Assembly (NCBI RefSeq): GCF_000142905.1 | Contig: NW_013657672.1 | Location: 62,001-126,000 of the forward strand | Length of the DNA: 64,000 nt | Origin: Thecamonas trahens ATCC 50062 | Taxonomy: Eukaryota > Protista > Apusomonadida | Direction of reading: 5' to 3' | Shown: one piece after another, positions 43,688-54,116 of the stretch | Layout: each line of letters begins with the position of its first letter | How positions within the stretch are numbered: position 1 is the first letter of the stretch | Translations under genes and position numbers: made by a program | The notes under the pieces: generated by a model | What the model was told of the DNA's origin: nothing | Seen by the model: only the letters and a program-made list of their open reading frames with translations | The model's database searches: none

Positions 43688-45340
43688 TCATCCGTCTTGG
43701 AGACGGAGGACCGAGACGTCAAAGTTGTCGGGCGCGTGCTCGGCCACAAGCGTTGCAAGCGCCATCTTGTTGGCGCGGACGGAGCGGCCGGCAAGCTCGT
43801 AGAGCGAGCAGAGGTTGGCAATGAGGGTGGGGTTCATGTTGCGGGCCGGCGCGGCCTTAATGATGTTCTCGATAGACTTGAGCGCCTTGTCGAGATGCCC
43901 GGCGTAGAGCCAGCAAAGAGCGCGGTTGTTGGCGGCTGCGGCCTTGGCGCACTCGGACCAGGGCGTGGCACCGCTGTCGTGGCTCTTTTCGACCTCGACG
44001 TATAGGTCGAGTGCGCGCTGATAGCAAAGCGCGCCAGCGGCGTACTGGCCCTGGGCAACAGCCACGTACCCGCGGTTGATGTGGGTGATAGGGACCGAGT
44101 CGGCCGGAGTGCCGGCGGCATCCAGCAGCTCTTCGGCCTTGGCAAAGACGCAGCCTGCGGCGGCGACGTGGCCGACGGTGAGGTACAGCCTGCCGAGGCC
44201 GGCAAGCACGCCGGGGTCTTCGCTGCGGAGCGGGTAGAGCTGGTCCTTGTACAGAGCAATGGCGAGGAGGTGCTCGTCGCGGGCGACGTAGATCGAGATG
44301 AGCGAGACAATAACAAGCACCTCGCGCTCCTCCCATAGTTCGAGGCTGGCCTCGCACGGCGCGACGTTGTCGAGGAGGAGGTGCAGCATGTCGCCGGGCG
44401 GGGCGAGCAGGACAAGGTCAAGCGGGAGTTCTCTGTGCCCGCTCGCGGCAGCCGACTCGGCGCTGGACCCTGCGGATGCCTCGAGGCGTTCGCGCTTGGA
44501 CCGGACGTACTCGAGCAGCGAGCAGTGGGCTGCGGCGGCGACCGAGGTCTCTGCGAGATGGAACGCGAGCTGGACGGCGATGAGGCGGACGACAAACGGG
44601 AGAAACGAGCCGGTCTCACCGTCTGTGTACTCGTCAGGGTATGACGAGTAGCGGAAGAGCGAGTCTGGGGCGGCCAGCAGCGGTGCGACTTCCGAGTCTG
44701 CGATGGTGAACATGCGGAGCTTGACCAAGGCGATGGCGCGCGCAGTCCGCAGCTCGACCATCTCATGGGGCTTGAGCTTGGCATTCTCGTCCATGAGTAG
44801 CAGTTGGGTGAGGACAACGACGTCGCCCCAAGCACCGGCTTCTGCCAGAATCTTGACAGAGGCGCGCTCAGGGGCGACCGAGGCCATCGAAGTCCGCTTT
44901 GTCCGCGCTGCCGATACGTGCTGGATGCCGAGCTGCCTGCTCAGCTCAGACATAAGCGGGAGGGCGGTGATTGGCGGCGCGAGCGGGAGATCCGCCAGCG
45001 ACGTCGGCGGCAGGTCACGACGTCCTGGCGCGCCCGCGCCCGCAGCATACCGTCCATGCGACTCTGACGCTTCCGTCGATCGCTCCGAGAGGATAAACTC
45101 GGACGAGTCTGCGGTCGATGCCCTCGGCGGGAACGAGAGCCGAGCCGCCTCCTTGGAGCGTGTGCGAACACGGACTCTCCGCCCGTCAGACCCGCCTCCA
45201 CCTCCGTCTTGGTCCCCGCCCGTCCCCGACCTCCCTCTCGCCTTGCTCTTGCCCTTCTCCTTGTTCTTGGGCGACCGCAGCCGTGCCGCCAGCCGCTGCC
45301 GCATGCTCTCCTTGCCACCGCCACCACCGTCTGAGCTCAT
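43688..45340 (-). CDS. TRAPPC12: TRAPP complex subunit 12 (TTC15/TRAMM)-like TPR protein
   Basis: ALVKLRMF..A..E..YSSYPDEY..GSFLPF..RL, TPR repeats, NN.A.C.LY.G and NLCSLYEL..K match TRAPPC12. The ORF extension to 45712 is satellite. Confidence 0.85.
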   Translation of the reverse strand: MSSDGGGGGKESMRQRLAARLRSPKNKEKGKSKARGRSGTGGDQDGGGGGSDGRRVRVRTRSKEAARLSFPPRASTADSSEFILSERSTEASESHGRYAAGAGAPGRRDLPPTSLADLPLAPPITALPLMSELSRQLGIQHVSAARTKRTSMASVAPERASVKILAEAGAWGDVVVLTQLLLMDENAKLKPHEMVELRTARAIALVKLRMFTIADSEVAPLLAAPDSLFRYSSYPDEYTDGETGSFLPFVVRLIAVQLAFHLAETSVAAAAHCSLLEYVRSKRERLEASAGSSAESAAASGHRELPLDLVLLAPPGDMLHLLLDNVAPCEASLELWEEREVLVIVSLISIYVARDEHLLAIALYKDQLYPLRSEDPGVLAGLGRLYLTVGHVAAAGCVFAKAEELLDAAGTPADSVPITHINRGYVAVAQGQYAAGALCYQRALDLYVEVEKSHDSGATPWSECAKAAAANNRALCWLYAGHLDKALKSIENIIKAAPARNMNPTLIANLCSLYELAGRSVRANKMALATLVAEHAPDNFDVSVLRLQDG

Positions 45341-45462
45341 GCTGTGAGTGGGGTGACGCGAGGTGAGGGTGTATGAGTGTGGTGTGTGTGTGGGGGGGGA
45401 GGGGTGTTGGTGAATCGTCGAAGGGGCTGTCACCTGCTGGAGCGGAGCCCATTCGACCACGA

Positions 45463-45900
45463 GTGGCATGTGATGATGGGTGGCATGTGATGATGGGTGG
45501 CATGTGATGATGGGTGGCATGTGATGATGGGTGGCATGTGATGGGTGGCATGTGATGATGGGTGGCATGTGATGATGGGTGGCATGTGATGATGGGTGGC
45601 ATGTGATGGGTGGCATGTGATGGGTGGCATGTGATGATGGGTGGCAGGTGGTGATGGGTGGCATGTGATGGGTGGCAGGTGGTGATGGGTGGCATGTGAT
45701 GATGGGTGGCATGTGATGATGGGTGGCAGGTGATGATGGGTGGCAGGTGGTGATGGGTGGTGGTGGGTGATGATGGGTGATGATGGGTGATGATGGGTGA
45801 TGATGGGTGGTGGTGGGTGATGATGGGTGATGATGGGTGATGATGGGTGGTGACGGGTGATGGATGACAGGTGATGGTTACTGGCAGGTGATGATGGGTG
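45463..45900. repeat. 17/14-bp minisatellite (GTGGCATGTGATGATGG)n decaying into (GTGATGATGG)n
   Basis: Direct inspection. Confidence 0.95.
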
Positions 45901-45926
45901 GTCGCTTGGCCCAATGGTTGCTATCG

Positions 45927-45993
45927 TTCAAACCAATGATTATCGTTTGTGGGATGTGGTACCATTCTGGCGCGCGATCGTTTCCCGCCAAAA
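45927..45993. promoter_or_regulatory. CEP120 upstream: CHR-like TTTGAA (- strand) and an overlapping double E2F site TTTCCCGCCAAA
   Basis: TTCAAA at 45927-45932; TTTCCCGCCAAAA at 45981-45993, ~75 bp before the ATG. Confidence 0.55.
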
Positions 45994-46066
45994 CCCCCGC
46001 CACCACCAAGCCACACACCCCTCCCTTCCCCCCCCCCCCCTTGTGAAAGTAGCAGGGTCTCTGTAC

Positions 46067-49000
46067 ATGCTGTTTCCTGCACATTCTCGCTTGCGGGTAG
46101 TGGTGGGTGTGGGGAATGGTCGTGGCTTCCCCTCCAGACCAGGCGCCAGCATGTGCTGCATGGCCTCCTTCGAGGGCACCACCCTCTCCACCTCGCCCGT
46201 CCCACACCGCCCGTCACCCACATGGGACGAGCAGCTGACATGGTCCATCTCAGTACGCCCCCCCTCCCAACTGCAACTGTCTAGGACATAGCCGATGGCC
46301 AAAGGGACACTGCGCACGAGGACGTGACCACCCAAACCGGCGAGACGCCGTGATGTCCATAAGTCTAATCGAGACTACACAAATGAGCATGCCTACATAA
46401 GACAGATAACTGGCCTTAAATGTATGATCTGCGAAACAACGTAACCGATGATTTTTTCGCTAAGAATATTATAAAACTCCANNNNNNNNNNNNNNNNNNN
46501 NNNNNNNNNNNNNNNNNNNNNNNNNNNNNNNNNNNNNNNNNNNNNNNNNNNNNNNNNNNNNNNNNNNNNNNNNNNNNNNNNTCCCTCTCTCCCACATCCC
46601 ACTCACCCGTCCATATCTCGCTGCTCTCGCCGCCTCCCTCGCCAACGTGACGACCCTTTTCCGCCCCGACTACGACCTTTTTCTCCCCGCCCTCCCTCCC
46701 TACACCTCCGCTCGCCCACGCCCACGCCCGTGCTCATCCTTCAGTCGGAGCGCCTTGCCGAACTCCGCAAGTCACGGGCACCATTCAAGCTCAAGGTTGT
46801 GGTTCGTCGCGATGGCGAGCCGGAAGAGATGGTCGGCTTTGTGCTGCTGGATCTGCGGCGGGCGGCGATGAAGCGGGCGCTGCCGGCGTACGCCCAGCTG
46901 CAATCGTCGGCGTACGGCCACGACAAGCCGGAGATTCTCTGTGCCATCAATGTCGAGCTCGAGTCAACGCCCGGGAGTGGTGAGGCTGCTGACGAAGCGG
47001 GCACTGGCGGAGATGTTGATGTCGGCGGCGGCGAGCCAGGCCAGGACATGGAGGTCGCTGGACTGAGGGTCCGTCTTCGGGATCATGACGGGGTGTATGT
47101 CATCGACAAGGGCGGGGCACCGTATCTGTTCTCGCTTACGGTCGGTGGCACGCACTCGCTCGACGCGTTTGAGTCGCTCGCTCGCGAGCGGTGCGCCGCG
47201 CCGCACGGGCCGTTCTACTTCTACTACTCGTTCCTCGGCAACGACGTCATGACCGAGGTCTTTGACTCGCTTGTCGCACCGGTCTTTGCTATCGAGCGGG
47301 CGTCGATCCGGCTTGAGCTCGCGCCGTCGCTCTCATTGCAGGTCCTCTCTGCGCTCTCGCCGCTCCAGCTGTATCTCTGCTGCGGCGAGACGGCGCTGGC
47401 AGTGGCGCACATCCCGCTCGAGCGGCTCGGCGGCGTCGCCTCCGAGCTCACCATTGAGGACGCGTTTCCGCTGGCGGCACTGCCTGGGCAAGGCGAGGCG
47501 CCATCCGCGGTCGGCTCTGTCTATGTTGTGGCCTCATTCTCGCCGGGCCTGCGCCCGCCCCCGCCGCCAGCCTCGCTCCTCGAGTGGCAGGCCATGGCAG
47601 CTGTCGCGCAAGCTGAAGCCGCGCTGCGGTGCTGGCGGCTCTCGATCGACGTGCGTTCGATCAAGGACCTCGACTATCCAGCCGCCTCGCTCTTTATTCG
47701 CTACTCATACCCAGAGCTCGGCTCCGCCGCCCCGTTCGCCACTCACCCTGTCGTCGAGCACGTGGCCGGTACCACCGTCTCGGAGCTGCTCCTGCCCAAC
47801 TCGTTCTGTGCGTACGAGTTTGTGGCGTCAGAAGCCTTCCTTCGGTCAACCCTCGAGACGGCGCCGCTGCACATCGAGGTCTGGCACCGGGACAAGTACG
47901 TTAAGGATATTCTGCTGGGCATTGCCGCCGTCCACCTCGACTCGGTCCTCGACGCTGACGCCACGGTGGGGCCAGTCTCGCTGGCCGGTACCGGCGGCGA
48001 AGCCACCGAGCTCCGGACCTTTGACGCCTACGTCGTAGTCGCCTCGCTGGGAGACGACGACGCGCCGGGCGCCGCGGCGCTGCCCACTCGGGTCGCCGAG
48101 CTCCGGGTTGTTCTCTCACTGGAGAACATGGGCGGCGCGCCGCCGGGCCTGCCGTCGCTTGACGCGCGCGCAGGCGCCCCGGTTCGCGGTCTGGTGCCCG
48201 ATGCCGCGGCTGTCGTCACCACCCACGATCGTCCAGTCGACGGCCCCCATGCTGCGCCGCCGTCGACTGTCAACCCGCAGGCGCGCCCACAGAAGGACAA
48301 GGACGAGGCAGACGATGAGGCAGGCGACACAGCTGGCAACGAGGGTCTGGGCAATGAGCCCGCCTCGCCGGCACGCCATGATTGGCCGGCACGAGCCGCC
48401 GCTACTGGCCCCGCGAATCCGCGCGACGCGCCCGAGTACCTCGCTGCATGGGAGCTCGAAGTGTGGAAGCAGGAACAGGAGGCTGCGTTCCAGGCCAAGC
48501 TGGAGGCGCGCGAGGCTGCGCACCTCGCGCTGCTCCAGGCCAAGTTCAAGGAGAAGGAGAAGCTGCGGATCCAGGTCCACGAGCGGAAGCGAGCCGAGTA
48601 CGCCAGACTCGAGGCCCAAATGCGCAAGGCGCTCCGCGAGGTGCAGGAGCGCGAGCGGCGGCTGGTGGCTGGCGAGCAGGCGCTCGAGCGCCGGTCAGCA
48701 ACGCTGCAGGACGAGTATGAGCGCCGAGTCGACGAGCTCAACGACAAGTCGCGCCGGTTCCGCGACTCGCTCAACGCAAAACACCGCGAGGTGCTAGGCC
48801 AGCTCCAGCGGGCTCGCGCCGAAGCCGACGCCGCCAAGGCCGACGCCCGCAAGGCTGCCAAGAAGCTTGACGCTGCCACAGACGCCATCCGCAAGTTGCA
48901 GGCTGACGTTGCCCGCTCGCCGACTCTGCAGATGGAGGCCCAGCTGGAGGCGTTGGTGACCAAGGTCGAGACGCTGGAGAGCGAGAAGGCACACGTGGCC

Positions 49001-49588
49001 TCGGCCAAGAAGCACTACCGGACCCAGTGGGTCAAGGCACTTAAGGAGATCGCCCGCCTCCAGGATCGCGAGAAGGAGAACGCGCTCGCCGGTGCGTCTG
49101 CCGCGGCCTCGGCCTCGTCGTCGCATGCCCTTGCTGACGCCCGCGAGGACGTAGCACGCATGCTTGAGGAGCACCAGCGGAAGATGCAAGACGAGCTGCA
49201 GACGATCAAGCTCGCGTCGGCCGCCCGCGAGCACGCTCTCGCAATGCAGCTTGAGAAGCAGGAGCTGGTCGCGCTCAAGGCCGAGCTGTCTGCTGCGGCG
49301 TCGGCGCAGTCGGCCGGCTCGCGCCCACACGACCACAGCCTCGCTGCCGAAGGCTCCGAGGTCTTTGGCCTGCTCAACAGCCCATCGCCGGCGCCGTCGT
49401 CGCCTGACAGTCCGCCGCCGCCGGCGCCAGCCTCGCGCGACGAGCTCCTTACCAGCCTCGAGCGACTGATCGACGAGCGCGAGGCGCTGCTCGCGTCGGG
49501 TGTGTATGCCGAGAGCGACGCCGTGGTGGCGCAAGTCGACAAGGCGCTCGACGAGGTTCGCGCCCAGCTCGCGGTCACGCCGCTGTAG
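46067..49588 (+). CDS. CEP120: Centrosomal protein CEP120-like (three C2 domains plus coiled coil); exons 46067-46252 and 46745-49588
   Basis: Exon 1 reads VVVGVGNGRGFPSRP...LSTSPV..W..LTWSI. Further motifs: FYFYYSFLGNDV, SIDVRSI, EVWHRDK and EYLAAWELEVWK. The GTACGC...CAG intron is phase 0 and contains an N-gap. Confidence 0.88.
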
Positions 49589-49604
49589 GTTATGTAAAGC
49601 GCGC

Positions 49605-51137
49605 TCACAACTCGGTATGGCCGCCAGTCGGCGTCAGCTCGGCCGACCCCAGCCGCCGCGACATCGCGTCGCGCTCGGCCATCAGCGCACGAACTCGGTC
49701 CACAAGCAGCGCGTTGTCGGTCCGCAGCGAGATGACCAAGTCGACCTCGGCCGCTAGCTTCTCTTGTAGCGCTGTGTTGCGGGCCTGCATCTTACGGACA
49801 AGGCTTGCCCACTCAGCCGCGTCGCGGGCCGGCAGCGGCGGCGCAGAGCTTGCCCCACCGTTGGCAGCAGCAGTGCCCGACGACGACGAGATCGATGACA
49901 GTGGCGACGGCCGATCCAGCCGCATCGTGAGCTCCTGGCTCAGCGTCGGCCGCCCGCCCAGCAGCGCAGCCGAGACTGCGGCCTGCGGTGGCGGGGACGG
50001 CGGCGGTGGCGACAGCGACGGCGGCGCCGCCGGCTGTGCGGAAGCTGCTATCTCGTTGCTGCCCGCTGCCTGCGTCGACTGTGAGTCCTCGACAGCATCC
50101 TCGACAATCCACTGCGATAGCCGCGAGATCGATGCCGACCGCGAGAGCATCGAGCCGGACTTGTTGATGTGCGCCAGGAGCGATGCGGTCGAATCGTCAG
50201 TGTTGATCATGGGAAGACCCTTGTCCTCGCTCTCGCCGGCTTGGCGCTCCATGACGAGGCTTGTCGGATGCTGCGGAGCCGGCGGACGGACAAACTCGTC
50301 TTCGGTGTCGAGCCGCTCGCGCTCGCGAGCTCGCGCCTCCTGCGCAATGATCGAGCTCTCCAGCGCCTCCTTCATCATGCGTTCGTCGACAGTCAAGTCG
50401 TCGACGGGCTTGTTGGCCCAGGAAAAGCCGGATGAGCCCGAGCGCGGGCTTGCGCGCGGTGTGTCCCACTCGGAGTCGCGGGCCGAGCGCCGGTAAGGCC
50501 CGACAGTCAGCTCCGGCCGCCCGGGCCGCCCGACCGGCGAAGCGATGGCCGGAGGCGACGGTGGGACCGGCGAAGACGGCCGCGATGGCCGCGAGAGCAG
50601 TGACGCCTTGGCTGCCTCGCGGGCCGCCACCGTCGGATCGTCAGCGAGAACAAACGGCGAGGTCGACGCTGCAGGCCGGGCCGACGCTGGCCCATCCCTG
50701 CTCCCGCCACGACCAAGGCCTCTGATTCGCTTGGCCGGCGGCGCAAACTCCCCATCCGCGCCCGAACCGGTCGTCGAGGCCCTCGACCTTGACCTCGACG
50801 AGCGATTGCCTCGATTGCGCCTCCGCGACCGCGGGCTCTCGTTCCCCGACTGGCTCTTGCCCGACCGCTTCCCGCCGCCGCCGCCATCCCCACCGCCACC
50901 GCCACCGCCACCGCCACCGCCACCGCCACCTCTGTTCGCTCCAGCCTTGCCCTTCCCCGCCCGTCCTCCACCATTTCTCAACTCGCGGCGTCTCCCACCG
51001 CCACTCCCGTCCCTCCCGCCGTCTCTCCGAGTATCAACCACGCCACCGCCACCGCCACTACCACCACCGCCACCACCGGCATGACCACCATTGTCTGACC
51101 CGCCTCCATTCCGACCACGCTTTCGCTTTCGGGCCAT
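49605..51137 (-). CDS. Hypothetical protein with a Gly/Arg-rich disordered N-terminus and a C-terminal coiled coil
   Basis: 510-aa ORF starting MARKRKRGR (NLS-like), converging on CEP120; no domain recognised. Confidence 0.65.
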   Translation of the reverse strand: MARKRKRGRNGGGSDNGGHAGGGGGGSGGGGGVVDTRRDGGRDGSGGGRRRELRNGGGRAGKGKAGANRGGGGGGGGGGGGGGDGGGGGKRSGKSQSGNESPRSRRRNRGNRSSRSRSRASTTGSGADGEFAPPAKRIRGLGRGGSRDGPASARPAASTSPFVLADDPTVAAREAAKASLLSRPSRPSSPVPPSPPAIASPVGRPGRPELTVGPYRRSARDSEWDTPRASPRSGSSGFSWANKPVDDLTVDERMMKEALESSIIAQEARARERERLDTEDEFVRPPAPQHPTSLVMERQAGESEDKGLPMINTDDSTASLLAHINKSGSMLSRSASISRLSQWIVEDAVEDSQSTQAAGSNEIAASAQPAAPPSLSPPPPSPPPQAAVSAALLGGRPTLSQELTMRLDRPSPLSSISSSSGTAAANGGASSAPPLPARDAAEWASLVRKMQARNTALQEKLAAEVDLVISLRTDNALLVDRVRALMAERDAMSRRLGSAELTPTGGHTEL

Positions 51138-52310
51138 GACTAATCACCACAAAGCCACTATGTGCCGATGCTTAGCTGGTCGAGAGCAGTATCTCTGTCT
51201 ATGTCGCGCGAGTCGCTTTGCAAGAGGCGGTTGCTGGGGAAGGGTGGGTGGGGGGGAGGGGGGAGGAGGATTATGATGGAGGTGACGGTGTTGGCTGTGT
51301 CGCATCTCGCACAAACCACACANNNNNNNNNNNNNNNNNNNNNNNNNNNNNNNNNNNNNNNNNNNNNNNNNNNNNNNNNNNNNNNNNNNNNNNNNNNNNN
51401 NNNNNNNNNNNNNNNNNNNNNNNNNNNNNNNNNNNNNNNNNNNNNNNNNNNNNNNNNNNNNNNNNNNNNNNNNNNNNNNNNNNNNNNNNNNNNNNNNNNN
51501 NNNNNNNNNNNNNNNNNNNNNNNNNNNNNNNNNNNNNNNNNNNNNNNNNNNNNNNNNNNNNNNNNNNNNNNNNNNNNNNNNNNNNNNNNNNNNNNNNNNN
51601 NNNNNNNNNNNNNNNNNNNNNNNNNNNNNNNNNACCCCCCCCCCCCCCCCCCCCCCCCCGTCCATCACCCTCTTCCTTGCGTGGTTCATTTTTAGGGAAC
51701 AAAGCGTATTGTCCCGGTACGAGACACAAAATGTATACAAGCCCACAAACAAATTTTCCTCCCATTTCCCACAACCCATCACCTCTCTTCCTTTTCACAA
51801 TGGGTACGAACGAATTCACTGTGAGCCATGTCCCGCTACGCCTGCCCCCCCCCTCCTTGCGACCATAGACAACCAGTCCCTACGGCCACTCCCTCCCCCC
51901 CCCCCCCCCCCCCCTCCCACCCACAATCATAACATCTTCAACCCATACCACAAATACCCCCTTGTACCCTCCCCCACATACCTGTCCTCGTCATCACTCC
52001 CCACACCTCCACTAGCCCGCAGGCACCGAAGGAAATAGTGTCCAAAACAAAGCCGGCGACAGGAAAGCTGCTCAGTGGCGGAACGGCTGGTAACAACCCC
52101 AAAGACGGCCTGGGCCAAATGGCGCACACCATCATGCCAAACAAACGTTGCCCTCGTCAGCCTCATGCCCTCCCCGGGTTTTTTTTTCATTGGCGGCAGA
52201 CCCAATCTGGGCCTATTGCTCTGGCACGTACCGAGGTCTGCAGAGATCATGGCGATACTCACACACACAAGGCCGGGGTGCGGTGGATGATAGCGGTGCC
52301 CGAGAGCGAG

Positions 52311-54071
52311 ATGATGGACACTCTTCCGCTTCATCTTTTCCAGAACTCGCCTAACAACAAGGTTTGTTTTGATTGTCCGTCGGAAAAGGTGGTGAGCATT
52401 GTGATGGACTACGGCGTGTTTGTCTGCAAGCGGTGCGGTGCCCTGCACGCCAAGATGGGCCGCAAGACCAAGTCGGTCATGGCCCTGTTTACTCCCGACG
52501 AGATCCACTTCCTGGAGGGGCGAGGCAACACCGTCGGCCTGGCATTCATTCTTGCTCGGTGGCCCGAGGGCCAGGATCCGATCCCGCACTCGGACACCAA
52601 GGAGGTGGCCACGTTCATGCATGCAAAGTACACCCAGAAGCAGTACTGGAACGATGCTGCGCTGGCGCCGGCCGAGGAGGCGCAGCGTGCCGAGTACGCC
52701 GCGTTCAAGGCCGCCAAGCTGGAGGAGGACGTCCGGCGGGCCGACCAGCTTGCGCAGCAGGCGCGCCGCCGCAAGATCTCTGCCGAGGGCACCTCGTCCG
52801 GCGGTGCGTATGGCGTGGTGAAGAAGAACGCGGTGTCTCGGACCCGCGACTTTGGGCGGGTCTCGCGCGCCCGTGCCACCTCGATGTCGCAGGTCGCCGA
52901 GACCGTCATTGGCGCAGCCGAGGCCGGCAAAGTTGACCAGGTCCGCCAACTCATCGATCGCGGTGCCGACATCAACCAGCCGACCAAGTCAGGAACAACC
53001 GCCCTCCATCGCGCCGCCGCCAAGGGTCACATTGCCGTCGTCGAGCTCCTGCTCGACCGCGGTGCCTTTATGGAGGCTGCTGACCGCTGGGGCGACCGTC
53101 CGCTGCACAAGGCCGCGCACAACCTCCACCGCGACGTCATCGAATTGCTCCTCACCAAGGGCGCACTCTATCTCGTCACAAACGCCGACGGCCTCCGTCC
53201 GGACCAGATGGCCACAGATCCCGAAGTCAAGGCCCTGTTCCAGGCCGCCGCCGACAAGGCCGGCGTCCCGCTGGCCTCGGAGTCTGTCCCGCCGCTTGCG
53301 ATGGCCCAATCGCGGCTCGGCCCGGCGGCTCGTCGCGGCCGCGCCCGGGCCGCAACCATTTCGGGAACCCAGCTCCCGCCGCGCTCGTCGTCGCTCCGCT
53401 CGTCGTCGCTGCATGCCGCGGATGCAAATGCCGCCAACCCATACTCGGGCTTTGAGGCCGTTGTACTCTTCGATTTTGCGCCGCAGTATGAGGCTGAGCT
53501 CGGCGTTTCGGCCGGCGACGTCATTGTCGTCGAGGACGAGCACCCGTCGACCGGCAAGGGTTGGTGGCTCGCCCGCAAGGGCCACGTTACTGGACTCGTT
53601 CCGGCCGCCTACTGCGAGATCAAGAACAAGAAGGGCCCGCACTTTGTGCGCTCACTTATTACGCCGGACACTCAGGTCGCCGGCCGCCCACCGGCACCGA
53701 TGCCCACCGATGCCTCTGCACCCGATCTCCCACAGAGGCCGGCCAACTCGGTCCCGCTGGTCTCGCTCACCTCGCCGGCAGGCCAGACCACCGCCGCGCC
53801 GACAACAACCGCCCCACCCCGTGCGATCGGCCGACTCCGCTCAAACTCGGGCGGCAAGCGCGATCGTCCCCAGTCGATGTCGATGGCCGACTTTAACTGG
53901 GATGCCCTTGACGCCGCTACCGGCCCAGCGCCGGCCGCCGCCCTTAACGCCGCCTTTGGCGCTCCGGCCGCCAACGATCCGTTTGCTGCCGCCTTTGGCG
54001 CTCCGGCCCAGCCGGACGCCCAGCACCCGCAGCCGGCCGTCACGCCCTCACTCCCGCCGTCGCTCATTTGA
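52311..54071 (+). CDS. ArfGAP zinc finger - ankyrin repeats - SH3 protein; 5' exon structure uncertain
   Basis: NKVCFDC-x16-CKRC; ankyrin repeats GTTALHRAA and GDRPLHKAA; SH3 VLFDF..ELGVSAGD..GWW..GLVPAAY; C-terminal DPF/AAF motifs. A likely splice acceptor TTTTCCAG ends at 52343. Confidence 0.85.
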   Translation: MMDTLPLHLFQNSPNNKVCFDCPSEKVVSIVMDYGVFVCKRCGALHAKMGRKTKSVMALFTPDEIHFLEGRGNTVGLAFILARWPEGQDPIPHSDTKEVATFMHAKYTQKQYWNDAALAPAEEAQRAEYAAFKAAKLEEDVRRADQLAQQARRRKISAEGTSSGGAYGVVKKNAVSRTRDFGRVSRARATSMSQVAETVIGAAEAGKVDQVRQLIDRGADINQPTKSGTTALHRAAAKGHIAVVELLLDRGAFMEAADRWGDRPLHKAAHNLHRDVIELLLTKGALYLVTNADGLRPDQMATDPEVKALFQAAADKAGVPLASESVPPLAMAQSRLGPAARRGRARAATISGTQLPPRSSSLRSSSLHAADANAANPYSGFEAVVLFDFAPQYEAELGVSAGDVIVVEDEHPSTGKGWWLARKGHVTGLVPAAYCEIKNKKGPHFVRSLITPDTQVAGRPPAPMPTDASAPDLPQRPANSVPLVSLTSPAGQTTAAPTTTAPPRAIGRLRSNSGGKRDRPQSMSMADFNWDALDAATGPAPAAALNAAFGAPAANDPFAAAFGAPAQPDAQHPQPAVTPSLPPSLI

Positions 54072-54116
54072 TGCTGGGATCCATAAAGTGCTACCTGCTG
54101 TGACACACATCCTGAC

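Noticed and set aside
45341-45712. His/Pro/Cys-repeat N-terminus on TRAPPC12
   Set aside because: It is the translation of a 17-bp minisatellite whose period is not a multiple of 3; a good ATG exists at 45340.
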